Assembly: GCA_048941015.1 (NCBI GenBank) | Contig: JBHLNZ010000026.1 | Location: forward strand, 1 to 44,253 | Reading direction: 5' to 3' | Source of the DNA: Promethearchaeota archaeon | Lineage (GTDB): Archaea > Asgardarchaeota > Lokiarchaeia > Sigyniarchaeales > SOKP01 | Length of the DNA: 44,253 nt | Shown here: positions 9,043 to 18,830 of the stretch, piece after piece | Position numbering within the stretch: the stretch's first letter is position 1 | How the letters are laid out: each line of letters opens with the position of its first letter | The notes under the pieces: model-generated | Told to the model about the DNA's origin: nothing | The model's input: the letters and a program-made list of their open reading frames with translations, nothing else | Database searches by the model: none | Program-made: the position numbers and the translations under genes

Positions 9043-10476
9043 ATTCGAGAGCCAATTACTCTAATTTGTACTAATTGTAAGCATATATTTGAATTTAGAA
9101 CAATAGAATATAAATGTCCTGATTGTAATGGTCTATTATGGTTTAATAGAAGTCTTGATAAATATAAAGAATCATTTTTAAAACTAAAATCATTTGATAA
9201 TTTTTGGGATTTTAAATTTACTTTACCAGTGATTAAAAGGGATTTTATAGTAAGTTTAGGTGAAGGTGGGACTCCTTGTAAAATATCCGAAAAAATTGGA
9301 CAAACTCTTGGATTAAAAGATTTATGTTTTAAAAATGAAACTCAAAATCCCTTTACAAATTCTTTTAAAGATAGAGCTGCGGCTCTTCTAATATCTCATG
9401 CTAGAAGTTGGGATTATGAAAAAGTTATATGTGCATCAAATGGGAACCAGGGGGCTTCAATTGCTGCATACGCATCTTTAGAAGGAATGAAATGTATAAA
9501 TATTATCCCTAATGAAATTGATATAGGCAAGAGAGCACAAATGATCATGTATAATTCAGATTTAATTATTCAGGGAAATACAATTGATGATATTTTAGAT
9601 TTTTCTTTAAAGCCAGAATATAAAAATTATTATCAATGCACTCCAGAATTCAATCCTCTTACGATTGAAGCTCAAAAAACGATAGCTTTTGAGATTTTTT
9701 TTCAAAAGGGTGTACCTGATTGGATAATTGTTCCGATGGGGAGTGGTGAGTTATTAATAAGTCTATGGAAAGGCTTTTCAGAACTTGAAATGGCTGGGAT
9801 AATTAATACAACCCCAAAGTTAGTGGGAGTGCAATCAGAAATATCTTCACCAATCATAGATGAATTCAATCAAAAAAAAGAGGTTTTAGTAAAAGAAAGA
9901 GAGATTTTAAAATCGTTAGCCTTAGGGATTTTAGTTAAAAAGCCTCTTTATAAAGAATTGGCAGTTAAATTTATAAGAATGAGTAAAGGAACAGCATTAT
10001 CAGTACCCGAAAATCTGATATTGAGCTCAACTGATGATTTGATTACTAATGAAGGGATTATCGCTGAGCCTTCTTCTGCTTTAACCTTATCTGCAATATA
10101 CCTTTTAAATCAAAGTGGAGCTCTAGAAAAAGATGATACAATTATTTGTTTGATCACAGGAAGTGGATTGAAGGCTCCGTATGTTCTTGAAGCTATTTCA
10201 TCAAGAACAAAAACCGCGGGAACTGGAGCAATCTTAAGCACTAAACTTAAAATATTATCTCGAATCTCTCTATCAAATAATAAAGGTATATATGGCAGTA
10301 AAATAAGAGAGATAATTGGATCTATAAGTTTTGCTGCAATATATCAGCATTTAAAGGAATTAGAACAGAGAGATTTAATCTATCGGAAAAAAGAAGGTAA
10401 AAATGTCCTTTATTTTATAACAAACAAAGGTAAGAAGGTTTTAGAAGCATTAGATACTCTCATTACACTATTATAA
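9043..10476 (+). CDS. thrC: Threonine synthase-like PLP enzyme with N-terminal Zn ribbon and C-terminal winged-HTH; start extended to ATT 9043 (ORF track gives GTG 9229)
   Basis: LGEGGTP, SFKDR (PLP lysine), ASNGNQG, VPMGSG, AEPSSA, ITGSGLK. In-frame upstream CTNC...CPDC. C-terminal AIYQHLKELE...YFITNKG. Confidence 0.8.
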   Translation: MREPITLICTNCKHIFEFRTIEYKCPDCNGLLWFNRSLDKYKESFLKLKSFDNFWDFKFTLPVIKRDFIVSLGEGGTPCKISEKIGQTLGLKDLCFKNETQNPFTNSFKDRAAALLISHARSWDYEKVICASNGNQGASIAAYASLEGMKCINIIPNEIDIGKRAQMIMYNSDLIIQGNTIDDILDFSLKPEYKNYYQCTPEFNPLTIEAQKTIAFEIFFQKGVPDWIIVPMGSGELLISLWKGFSELEMAGIINTTPKLVGVQSEISSPIIDEFNQKKEVLVKEREILKSLALGILVKKPLYKELAVKFIRMSKGTALSVPENLILSSTDDLITNEGIIAEPSSALTLSAIYLLNQSGALEKDDTIICLITGSGLKAPYVLEAISSRTKTAGTGAILSTKLKILSRISLSNNKGIYGSKIREIIGSISFAAIYQHLKELEQRDLIYRKKEGKNVLYFITNKGKKVLEALDTLITLL

Positions 10477-10478
10477 TT

Positions 10479-11099
10479 CTATTCCAAAACAACTTCTTCT
10501 GAATCAATGGTTATAAATATATGATTAAATACTTGAGGATTACTTAATTTAATAACTATCCTCAAAACCACAATTGAAATCAACGAAATAATCGCTCCAA
10601 ATATAAATTGAAAGAAATTACCAGGGACTTCAATTAATGCTGCAGTAATTCCAAAATTAAAGATAAACGCTTCGACAATAAAGTAACCGAAAACCATGAA
10701 TAAACCTCCAATGATAGTGGCTAAAATATCATAAAAATTAAAGTAAGTACGAACTTTTCGAGGATTAGAAATCAAGCCAACTATTAGACCTTCTAAACCT
10801 TTTACTATCAGAGTTGCAGGCGCCCAAATAGAATATCCTAAGAAGAGATCTGCTAAGGCAGATCCAATACCGCCAGATAATGACCCAACTATTGGTCCAA
10901 AGATCATAGCTGCCAACATTACACCTACATCTCCAATGTTAATATATCCTCCTGTTGCAGGTATAGGAATAGAAATCAGCATAGTTAAAGCGCACGTGAG
11001 GGCAGCAAAAATGCTGGTAATTGCTATCGAGAAAGGATTATTGGGCAAGAAATAGCCAATAAAGGTCCTTCCTTTTAAATTTTTATTATTTTCAACCAT
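10479..11099 (-). CDS. ECF transporter S component
   Basis: IPIPATGGYINIGD, GGIGSALADL, WAPATLIVKGLEG; about six TM helices. Confidence 0.88.
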   Translation of the reverse strand: MVENNKNLKGRTFIGYFLPNNPFSIAITSIFAALTCALTMLISIPIPATGGYINIGDVGVMLAAMIFGPIVGSLSGGIGSALADLFLGYSIWAPATLIVKGLEGLIVGLISNPRKVRTYFNFYDILATIIGGLFMVFGYFIVEAFIFNFGITAALIEVPGNFFQFIFGAIISLISIVVLRIVIKLSNPQVFNHIFITIDSEEVVLE

Positions 11100-11315
11100 A
11101 ATTTAACACATTTAATATGAAGGTTTGAACTTATATAATTTTCAACTTATGTATAATTATTATTGTATAAAAAGATTTCTACAACAAAAATGTAGATCTT
11201 TATCCATATTCTTATAATACCTTAAATTTATTAATAAGTTTTTAAACTAAATTGGTATATAAAAGAGATTTTAATTTGATTCATTTATTAAGTCAAGGGA
11301 CTAAGGTATTATCTC

Positions 11316-12104
11316 ATGGAATTTAACTTGATTATGATTTTTGTGTTAATCTGTTATCTTCTTATTCTATCTACTGGACTATTTTTATTTTATCGAATGC
11401 TGAAAACGCGATTGTATAATTTATTCGGTTTAGCTATGTTTTTTATCTTATTTACATTACAATTTTTTATACAACAAATATCTTATTTGTTCTATGCAAT
11501 TATTTCAGAAATAGCATTAATCTTTTTGATCTATTTTGTAAAGTGCACATTTTACAAAGAGAAAAGAATCGCTTTTCCCATAATTTTGATTTCTCTCTTG
11601 ATTTTAAAATTGATTGATTTAATTTTAAGACTTATATTTCAATTTACTGTTCCTGAATCCGATATGATCTTAATCTCAGAAATTCCATTTTATTATGCAC
11701 TTGCAATAACTGTTTCACTTCAGATAATAATTTCGATATCATGGTTATCCTATGCTTCTTTAAATGTGTATAACCGTATAAAAGTGCAAAATATTGAACC
11801 ATGGGTAAAAAAAAGATATATCATTATCGGTATTTCTTCGATATTTTTTGGTTTAAATGGATTTATACTTCCTTTTATACCAATAGGTGCTGGATTTGAA
11901 AATCCGTTTTTTACTACTCTAGTTGCAATTACAATTTTCATTTTTACATTTGGTAATTTAATTGCATGGATAATGCCTAAAAAATTGAGAGAATATTTTA
12001 ATCGTAATTATGTACCTATCACGGAAGATTTTCTTTCTGAAAGCGAGTTAATGGAAAAAATTAAATCACAATTAGCAGGAGGAGGCATCAATGGAAATAA
12101 TTAA
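11316..12104 (+). CDS. Stand-alone 7TM membrane protein (paralog A)
   Basis: Seven hydrophobic segments; WLSY..PWVKKRY, AWIMPKKL, LSESELMEKIKSQL motifs shared with the paralog at 12405..13157. Confidence 0.75.
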   Translation: MEFNLIMIFVLICYLLILSTGLFLFYRMLKTRLYNLFGLAMFFILFTLQFFIQQISYLFYAIISEIALIFLIYFVKCTFYKEKRIAFPIILISLLILKLIDLILRLIFQFTVPESDMILISEIPFYYALAITVSLQIIISISWLSYASLNVYNRIKVQNIEPWVKKRYIIIGISSIFFGLNGFILPFIPIGAGFENPFFTTLVAITIFIFTFGNLIAWIMPKKLREYFNRNYVPITEDFLSESELMEKIKSQLAGGGINGNN

Positions 12105-12366
12105 CATTTTAGGAAATGGTTTGGCAAATAAAATAAATATTAGCCCCCCTGCAGCAAGAGGACTAATTAAATTGTCGATTAAAGATGAAGTAGGTCCATT
12201 TAAACCCCTTGAGTTAATAAATTATGATGATTTAAAATCCACAATTCAAAATTCTCTTAAAGCAAGATTAAAAAATTTACAAATTTTCAATGCTGAAAAG
12301 ATTATAAGTGATCTTATAGACATATTGAATAAAAATCAATCGTTAATTACTATGGCAGGTGTATAG
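12091..12366 (+). CDS. Small soluble helical hypothetical protein (91 aa)
   Basis: Strong SD GGAGGAGG; start overlaps the end of the upstream 7TM gene by 14 nt. Confidence 0.8.
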   Translation: MEIINILGNGLANKINISPPAARGLIKLSIKDEVGPFKPLELINYDDLKSTIQNSLKARLKNLQIFNAEKIISDLIDILNKNQSLITMAGV

Positions 12367-12404
12367 TTATCCTCAACTTTATATTTTACATAACATTCGT
12401 TATA

Positions 12405-13157
12405 TTGTTCATTATTTTCATTGGTACAATGTCAGTTGTAGGATTTTTCTTTTTACTGAGAGGAATTCAGAAAAAGATGAAGAATCTAATTGTTATAGCG
12501 ATAGGATTCATTGCTTTACCTACTGGCTTTATTGGGACTTTTTTATTTAATTTAGAATATCTTTTTCAAGAAATTTTTGTATTTATTGGTTTTACTTTAA
12601 CGGTTATATTTACAAATATGACTTTTCATAGAAATAGAAGATTATATCCTAATCTAATTTTAGTGTTTGCTATTATATTAGGATTAATCCAATTATTGTT
12701 TCACTCTATCGAAACATTTACTACATTAAATTTTTATTATGAAAGAGTTGCTTTAGATGTTCCTTATACATTATTAATTTTTAACTGGTTATCTTGGTCT
12801 TCCTATTCGGCATATAAATCATTGAAAAAGCAAGATATCGCACCATGGATAAAAATTAGGTATAAAAGAGTTGGGATTTTTTCTTTTATTTTAAGTTTTC
12901 ATAATATTCCTGAATTTTTTCAGCCTGTTGGTACTGTTTGGGGTGATTATACTAATATTATAAGTCTAATAGTATTTGGTATGACCGCAATATTAGCAGC
13001 TATTTTTTCATTAGGTTTTGCATTTGCATGGATCATGCCAAATTGGCTTAAAAAGCGATATAATAAAGGATATCATCCGCCTAAAGATATTGAACTTTCT
13101 GAAAAGGATTTGATTAATATAATTAAAAAACAACTTTCAAATAAAAACAAAGAATAA
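12405..13157 (+). CDS. Stand-alone 7TM membrane protein (paralog B); start possibly ATC 12369
   Basis: Seven hydrophobic segments; WLSW..PWIKIRY, AWIMPNWL, LSEKDLINIIKKQL. Confidence 0.75.
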   Translation: MFIIFIGTMSVVGFFFLLRGIQKKMKNLIVIAIGFIALPTGFIGTFLFNLEYLFQEIFVFIGFTLTVIFTNMTFHRNRRLYPNLILVFAIILGLIQLLFHSIETFTTLNFYYERVALDVPYTLLIFNWLSWSSYSAYKSLKKQDIAPWIKIRYKRVGIFSFILSFHNIPEFFQPVGTVWGDYTNIISLIVFGMTAILAAIFSLGFAFAWIMPNWLKKRYNKGYHPPKDIELSEKDLINIIKKQLSNKNKE

Positions 13158-13174
13158 AAAATTGTTAGAATCAA

Positions 13175-13228
13175 ATTTGCACGATAAGATATAAATTCAA
13201 TTATTTTTATTATTTTAATCGTGTAAAT
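13175..13228. repeat. Intergenic inverted repeat ATTTGCACGAT-N32-ATCGTGTAAAT
   Basis: 11-bp arms with 10/11 complementarity (the mismatch is G:T) between the 7TM operon and the kinase gene. Confidence 0.55.
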
Positions 13229-13287
13229 GTTTAACTCTTCACTTTATTGCATTTGAAAGTTATTTATTATAATTGTTGAGGTAGAAA

Positions 13288-14832
13288 ATGGGATTTGAAA
13301 ATGATCAAGTAAAGGGAAAAAATGATTTCTTTAGCATAGAAGAAAGTATCTATGAAACTTTATTTAAGAATTTCCCCGATTTAATTTTAATTTTAGACTT
13401 AAGAGGAACTATTATTAACATTTCAGAGACGATTATTGATTTATATGGAGTGCAAAAGAAAGAAGATTGTATTGGAAAGAATCTTCTTGAACTAGTAGTT
13501 CCAGAAGAACAAGATTCTTTAAAACAGACAATACAGAGAGTTTTAAGTAAAGGTTCTGTTAGAATGGTTGAACACAAACTTAAAAAGAAGGATGGTACTA
13601 CATTTATAGGCGAATTGAGTCTTAGTATATTGAAAGATAAGAAGGAAGAGAATAAGTATCTTATTTGTATTTTAAGAGATATTACAAATCAAAAGGAGAT
13701 AGAAGATAAACTAAGAGAAAGCCAGGCTATGTTTCAATTAGTAATGGATAATATCCCCCAATTTATTTCTTGGAAAGATAAAAACTCTGTATATATAGGT
13801 TGCAATAAAAATTTTGCAAGAGTTGCTGGCGTTGATGAACCATATGATATAATTGGCAAAACAGATTATGATTTACCTTGGAAAATTTCTGAGGCAGAGT
13901 CTTTTTTTGAAATTGATCAATTAGTAATGGATACTGATAAACCAGAATATCATATTATAGAACCTCAACTCCAAGCAGATGGTAAAAAAGCATGGCTCGA
14001 TACAAATAAAATTCCATTACATGACTCTAAGGCAAGAGTGGTAGGTTTATTATGTACATATGAAGATATAACAGATCGGGTGAATTCAGAGAAAGCATTA
14101 ACGGATTCAGAAAGAAAATATCGTGATGCATATAATCGAGCAGAATTTTATAAAGATATCTTTGCTCATGACATTAGTAATATTTTACAAAATATTCTTT
14201 CATCTGTTGAATTAAGCCACTTTCATCTGCAAAAGGCGGAAAAAAACAAAGAATTAAAGCAAATATTTGAAATAATTAAAGAACAAATAATCAGAGGCGC
14301 AAACTTAGTTTCAAATGTTCGGAAATTATCAATTCTAGATGAAACATCTCCAAATCTAAATAATATTGAAGTTTTTGAATTTTTAAATAAATCCAAAAAA
14401 TATATTAACGTTGAATTTCCTGAAAGAAAAATTAATATTCAATTTAGTTCTCCTTTTGAATCATATTTTGTTAAAGCAAATAATTTATTATTGGATGTAT
14501 TTAACAATCTCTTATATAATTCAGTTAAACATAATAATAATGAAGTAGCTAATGTTTTAATTAGGGCTTCAGAAACTCAAAAGAATTTGAAAAATTATTT
14601 GAAATTAGAATTTATTGATAATGGGTTAGGAATCCCTGATGAACAAAAAGATGTTATTTTTCAGCTTGAAGAGCGGTCAGTTAACAATTTTTCAAGGATT
14701 GGGTTAGGTCTTTCTTTAGTAAAAAAAATAATGAGCACTTTTGAAGGGCAGGTTTTTGTCGAGGATAAAGTAAAAGGAAATTTTTCTAAAGGAAGTAATT
14801 TTATCCTTTTAATTCCTAAGGCATTGAATTAA
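13288..14832 (+). CDS. Soluble PAS-PAS sensor histidine kinase
   Basis: Two PAS/PAC domains (RDIT, EDIT); H-box FAHDISN, N-box [10 protein letters not shown]1 DNGLGIP, G2 GLGLSLVK; no TM segment. Confidence 0.92.
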   Translation: MGFENDQVKGKNDFFSIEESIYETLFKNFPDLILILDLRGTIINISETIIDLYGVQKKEDCIGKNLLELVVPEEQDSLKQTIQRVLSKGSVRMVEHKLKKKDGTTFIGELSLSILKDKKEENKYLICILRDITNQKEIEDKLRESQAMFQLVMDNIPQFISWKDKNSVYIGCNKNFARVAGVDEPYDIIGKTDYDLPWKISEAESFFEIDQLVMDTDKPEYHIIEPQLQADGKKAWLDTNKIPLHDSKARVVGLLCTYEDITDRVNSEKALTDSERKYRDAYNRAEFYKDIFAHDISNILQNILSSVELSHFHLQKAEKNKELKQIFEIIKEQIIRGANLVSNVRKLSILDETSPNLNNIEVFEFLNKSKKYINVEFPERKINIQFSSPFESYFVKANNLLLDVFNNLLYNSVKHNNNEVANVLIRASETQKNLKNYLKLEFIDNGLGIPDEQKDVIFQLEERSVNNFSRIGLGLSLVKKIMSTFEGQVFVEDKVKGNFSKGSNFILLIPKALN

Positions 14833-14896
14833 TATCATTTCTATTTTTAAAATTATTTAAATAAAGCTTTTTTTCTTTTCTTAATTCTTAAAAATT

Positions 14897-17491
14897 ATGT
14901 TTTTCTGTCTAGATAATTTAACTAAAATTGAAGACTATAATGAGGATCTTTATTTAATTCCCCAACCAAGACATATTAAAATAAATAGTTCTCAATTATT
15001 ACAATTAGATGGAGATTCCTCAATTTTTAGCAATTTACCACCAGAATTTTCGTTCATTTTAGAGAATTTCCAAGAGCAATTGGAATCTATAGGAATTAAG
15101 GAAAAATTGGCAATTAATAATGTTTATAAGGACAATATTTTTCCTAAAGAAGAAGATATCATGAAAATTTATCAAGAAACTTTTCCTAAAATAGATTTTG
15201 AATTAATTCTCAGAAGAAAGAACGAAAGTGAACAAGGATATTTGCTATTTTTCAGAAATTCAAAATTATTTATCGAATCTAATTCTGCTCAAGGAATTTT
15301 CTATGGAATTCAAACTTTGATACAAATGATAAATTCAACTCCAAATAAAAAATCAGTAAATCAAGTTGTGATTATTGATTTTCCCTTACTAAATATTAGA
15401 GGTGTATCGGATGATATTTCTAGGGGACAAGCAGCTACTATTAACAAATTAAAGAAATTCATAAAACTTCTAAGTCATTTTAAAATAAACCATTATTATT
15501 TGGTGTATATGCAAGATATGTTTGAATTTAGAAATCATCCGGAAATAGGTAGAGGAAGAGGCGCATATTCAAAAGAAGAAGTAAAAGATTTATTTAAATT
15601 TGCTAAGGATCATTTTGTTGAATTAATTCCTATATTTCAAACAATAGGACATTTTGAAAATATCCTTCACAATCCGAAATATTGGGAATATGGAGAATTT
15701 CCTGGCTCTAATAGTTTAAATATTGCGAATGAGAAAATATACACATTGTTAGATGAAATGATAGGAGAATTAAGTGAGGTTTTCAAATCCGAGTATTTCC
15801 ATATTGCTGCAGATGAAAGTTGGGATGTTGGTAAATATGCCTCGAAGGAATATATTGAAAAAATTGGAATAGAAAATGCTTATCTTAAACATTATAGAAG
15901 AGTATATGATATTGTTAAGAAGCATGGGTACAAAAAAATTATTGTTTATCATGATATTCTTCATAAATACCAAAAAGTCTTAGAAGGACTCCCAAAAGAT
16001 ATCATTGTAATGTATTGGAAATATAACGAAAAAGAAAAACATCCTATTATTGATAAATTAAAAAATTTTAATTTTCAAATCATAGTTAGCCCTTCCATTA
16101 TTGATTATAATCGGATTTTCCCCTCTTTTGCCAAAGCACAAAAAAATATAACAAATTTGATAAGCTATGGTTATCAAAAGGGAATAATTGGTGAAATAAC
16201 ATCAAGTTGGGGTGATAAAAAAAATAAAGAAATTAGAGAAAATAGAATTTATGGCTTTATTTTATCCGCTGAGGTTGGTTGGAATCCCTCCAAACAAATT
16301 AATTATTTAAACTTTTGGAACAGTTTGATGCTTCATCTCTTTGGAATTTATGATTCAAGGCTAATTAAGATTATTACTTCATTAATTGTAATTGAAAATG
16401 AGAAAAAATTGCATACAAGACCGACTTTTTATTACAATCATTTTTTTAGTCATCCCTACAATAAAAAGAAAAAAATGTATAGAAGAAATATTAATACTAG
16501 AGGCTTTCATTCATTAATCGAAAAGTTAAATGAGTTAATCATTATATGTGAAGATTTAGAAGACAAAGTGACAAAGAATCAAGAAAATCTAAGAAACTTA
16601 GCATTTGTAGCAAAGCATATAAAGTTTTATTGTAAGAAGAGAATAAATTCAAAGAAAATGGTGGATTTTTATCCAAAAAGGAGCAGTAATGATTTTAAAG
16701 ATCGAATTATTAGAGAAATAATCAACCTAAAAGATGATTTGAATAGTCTTCTCAAAGATTATGAAGCATTATGGTTTGATTGTGCAAAAAAAGATGGATT
16801 TGATTCAATTAAGCAAAGATATATTTGGTTGATTAGGTTTTATGAAGATAAAGTAAAAGAAATTGAAGAAAATCGCGAATGGAAAGACCCAAACATACCT
16901 AGTGAGACTATATTTTTAGATGCTAAAAAGCGACATGAGATACATACTTCTTATTATAAAAAAGAGATAATTATTGATAATTTGATTAAAAAAGCTTATT
17001 TACAATGCATTGCTGGCACTTTCTCAAAAATCTATGTTAATAATTCTTATGTTGGTCATGTTATCACCAGACATACATTAAATTTTGTCACCTTAGAAAA
17101 TAACATACAAATTTTTGAAATAACAAATTATCTCCATAAAGGAAAAAATTTGATATGCATTGAGAATACTGATTATATCGGTGGAATAGGCCCAATCAAT
17201 GTTTATGGAGAAATCGAATTATTAGATGATACAATCATAGAATTGAAAACAGATAAGACTTGGATTAGTACAAGAAATTTGGATGACGGTTGGCAGAAAG
17301 TTAAATCTTTAGGAAAACCACCTAGAATAACAGGTGGATTAAATTATCCTGATTTTAAAAAAAAGTTACATTCAAAAGAAAATGATCGAATTGCAGATTA
17401 TAATCACATCGTAAGTATAATTCCGAGAAAATTTTTTCATATTTTAAATATCGTTGTTAAATTATTTCATAGATATGACATAATTGAATAA
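14897..17491 (+). CDS. GH20-family beta-N-acetylhexosaminidase-like hydrolase with C-terminal beta-sandwich
   Basis: [42 protein letters not shown], catalytic FHIAADE; no signal peptide. Confidence 0.88.
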   Translation: MFFCLDNLTKIEDYNEDLYLIPQPRHIKINSSQLLQLDGDSSIFSNLPPEFSFILENFQEQLESIGIKEKLAINNVYKDNIFPKEEDIMKIYQETFPKIDFELILRRKNESEQGYLLFFRNSKLFIESNSAQGIFYGIQTLIQMINSTPNKKSVNQVVIIDFPLLNIRGVSDDISRGQAATINKLKKFIKLLSHFKINHYYLVYMQDMFEFRNHPEIGRGRGAYSKEEVKDLFKFAKDHFVELIPIFQTIGHFENILHNPKYWEYGEFPGSNSLNIANEKIYTLLDEMIGELSEVFKSEYFHIAADESWDVGKYASKEYIEKIGIENAYLKHYRRVYDIVKKHGYKKIIVYHDILHKYQKVLEGLPKDIIVMYWKYNEKEKHPIIDKLKNFNFQIIVSPSIIDYNRIFPSFAKAQKNITNLISYGYQKGIIGEITSSWGDKKNKEIRENRIYGFILSAEVGWNPSKQINYLNFWNSLMLHLFGIYDSRLIKIITSLIVIENEKKLHTRPTFYYNHFFSHPYNKKKKMYRRNINTRGFHSLIEKLNELIIICEDLEDKVTKNQENLRNLAFVAKHIKFYCKKRINSKKMVDFYPKRSSNDFKDRIIREIINLKDDLNSLLKDYEALWFDCAKKDGFDSIKQRYIWLIRFYEDKVKEIEENREWKDPNIPSETIFLDAKKRHEIHTSYYKKEIIIDNLIKKAYLQCIAGTFSKIYVNNSYVGHVITRHTLNFVTLENNIQIFEITNYLHKGKNLICIENTDYIGGIGPINVYGEIELLDDTIIELKTDKTWISTRNLDDGWQKVKSLGKPPRITGGLNYPDFKKKLHSKENDRIADYNHIVSIIPRKFFHILNIVVKLFHRYDIIE

Positions 17492-17515
17492 ATAATGAGA
17501 AGAAAAAAATTTAAT

Positions 17516-18475
17516 TTAGAAGTTTGAATAGATGATAAATTTATTTGCTGATCCTAAGCTATAAATTTCAAATTTACTTCCTTTCTTCGTTTCACAAAAC
17601 ATCTGTATCATAGGGAAAAGATGTATTTGTGTAGTTATTTGGGCATCTTTGTCCTTCTGGTAGGTTTTATAATCATTACCAGCAGAATTAATAGTCTTTT
17701 TAATATTTTTATTCCAATATCCTAATGATGCTTCAGCTTTCGATTCCAATTCTTTAAAGTCCGTAAATTTTATACCTTCAACTTCTTCGATCATTTTATG
17801 TAAATCATCTCCAATTTCTTTTTCATATTTGGTCTGAGCACTACTATGTAGGACTGGAACGCCTGTGACTACTGTTTTGAAGGGAACAGGTAAAATTTCG
17901 TATTTATATAAATTTTTATGACCTCCGCATTCTTTGCATTGAGTTTTTCTATTACCAGTTCCATAACAGGCTGCGCATTGATAAGAAAAAACTTTTTTTT
18001 CCTTTTTTTGCTCTTCACCGACAAAAATAGTCAGATTTTCCTCAATTTTACCAGTTCCATTACATGTTTTACATTTATCTTCAATATAACCTTTACCTTT
18101 ACAAGTTTTACATGAGACGGGTTGAATTGATTCGTATATTGGAACATTATCATCAGCTTTCCAATTTTCTTTATTTATTTGTCCTGTACCTTTAAAAGAA
18201 AAATATTGTTCTCTAGCTATTCTGGGTGCTAAAACTATATTTTCCTCCTTTCCTTTTGGTGCTGGACCAAGAGTTTTTTTGATTGCAAAATAAATTGCAG
18301 CTTCTTTCATAGTATCCTTAACATATTCAGCAGCACTTACAGCATCTAAGGAAAAAATAGCACCTTTAGTTCCAAATTGTTTTTCCAATTTCTTTTTATT
18401 TTTTCTTATGGCACTTTGTTTCCACTTCTCAAAAATATCATCTAAATTCGGAGTCTTAATTCTAACATCTGGCAA
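17516..18475 (-). CDS. DnaJ-type CxxCxGxG zinc-finger protein without J domain (SSUH2-like)
   Basis: CKTCKGKG, CKTCNGTG, CAACYGTG, CKECGG; no HPD motif; TTG start with GAAGTGA SD. Confidence 0.75.
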   Translation of the reverse strand: MPDVRIKTPNLDDIFEKWKQSAIRKNKKKLEKQFGTKGAIFSLDAVSAAEYVKDTMKEAAIYFAIKKTLGPAPKGKEENIVLAPRIAREQYFSFKGTGQINKENWKADDNVPIYESIQPVSCKTCKGKGYIEDKCKTCNGTGKIEENLTIFVGEEQKKEKKVFSYQCAACYGTGNRKTQCKECGGHKNLYKYEILPVPFKTVVTGVPVLHSSAQTKYEKEIGDDLHKMIEEVEGIKFTDFKELESKAEASLGYWNKNIKKTINSAGNDYKTYQKDKDAQITTQIHLFPMIQMFCETKKGSKFEIYSLGSANKFIIYSNF

Positions 18476-18605
18476 TTAAAAATCACTTCTAATTTTGCTT
18501 TTAAATATATTTATTAAATTTTATTGATTTAAAATTATAAAAATATAAAATAGAATAATTTATATTTTTATATAGAAATTTAAATTATTGAATTAAGAGA
18601 TAAAA

Positions 18606-18767
18606 ATGTCTGCAGAAGATAGACAAGCAGTAGAATACTTTAAACAATGGATTGATTCGAATGGACTTTCTCAATGGATTCAACATTTTCTAGATCAAGG
18701 GGATGAAGCAAAATTAAAACAAATTAAAGAAATATACGATAAAATAAAAGCAGTTTTTGGCTTTTAA
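18606..18767 (+). CDS. Small hypothetical protein, 53 aa (not in ORF track)
   Basis: ATG..TAA: MSAEDRQAVEYFKQWIDSNGLSQWIQHFLDQGDEAKLKQIKEIYDKIKAVFGF; purine-rich leader and coding-like composition within an AT-rich gap. Confidence 0.7.
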   Translation: MSAEDRQAVEYFKQWIDSNGLSQWIQHFLDQGDEAKLKQIKEIYDKIKAVFGF

Positions 18768-18830
18768 AATAAATGTTTTTTTGTTTTATTAATTCTGATT
18801 TATTTTATTAAATTTTAAACGGGTTAATAT

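Noticed and set aside
11316-13157. 7TM proteins as rhodopsins (schizorhodopsin or heliorhodopsin)
   Set aside because: No retinal-binding lysine within TM7 and no RYxxW-type helix C motif.
13164-13235. Hairpin as a SECIS element
   Set aside because: No clear AUGA/GA core, and no in-frame TGA in the flanking genes.
17516-18475. dnaJ
   Set aside because: No J domain, HPD motif or G/F-rich region; only the Zn-finger repeats.
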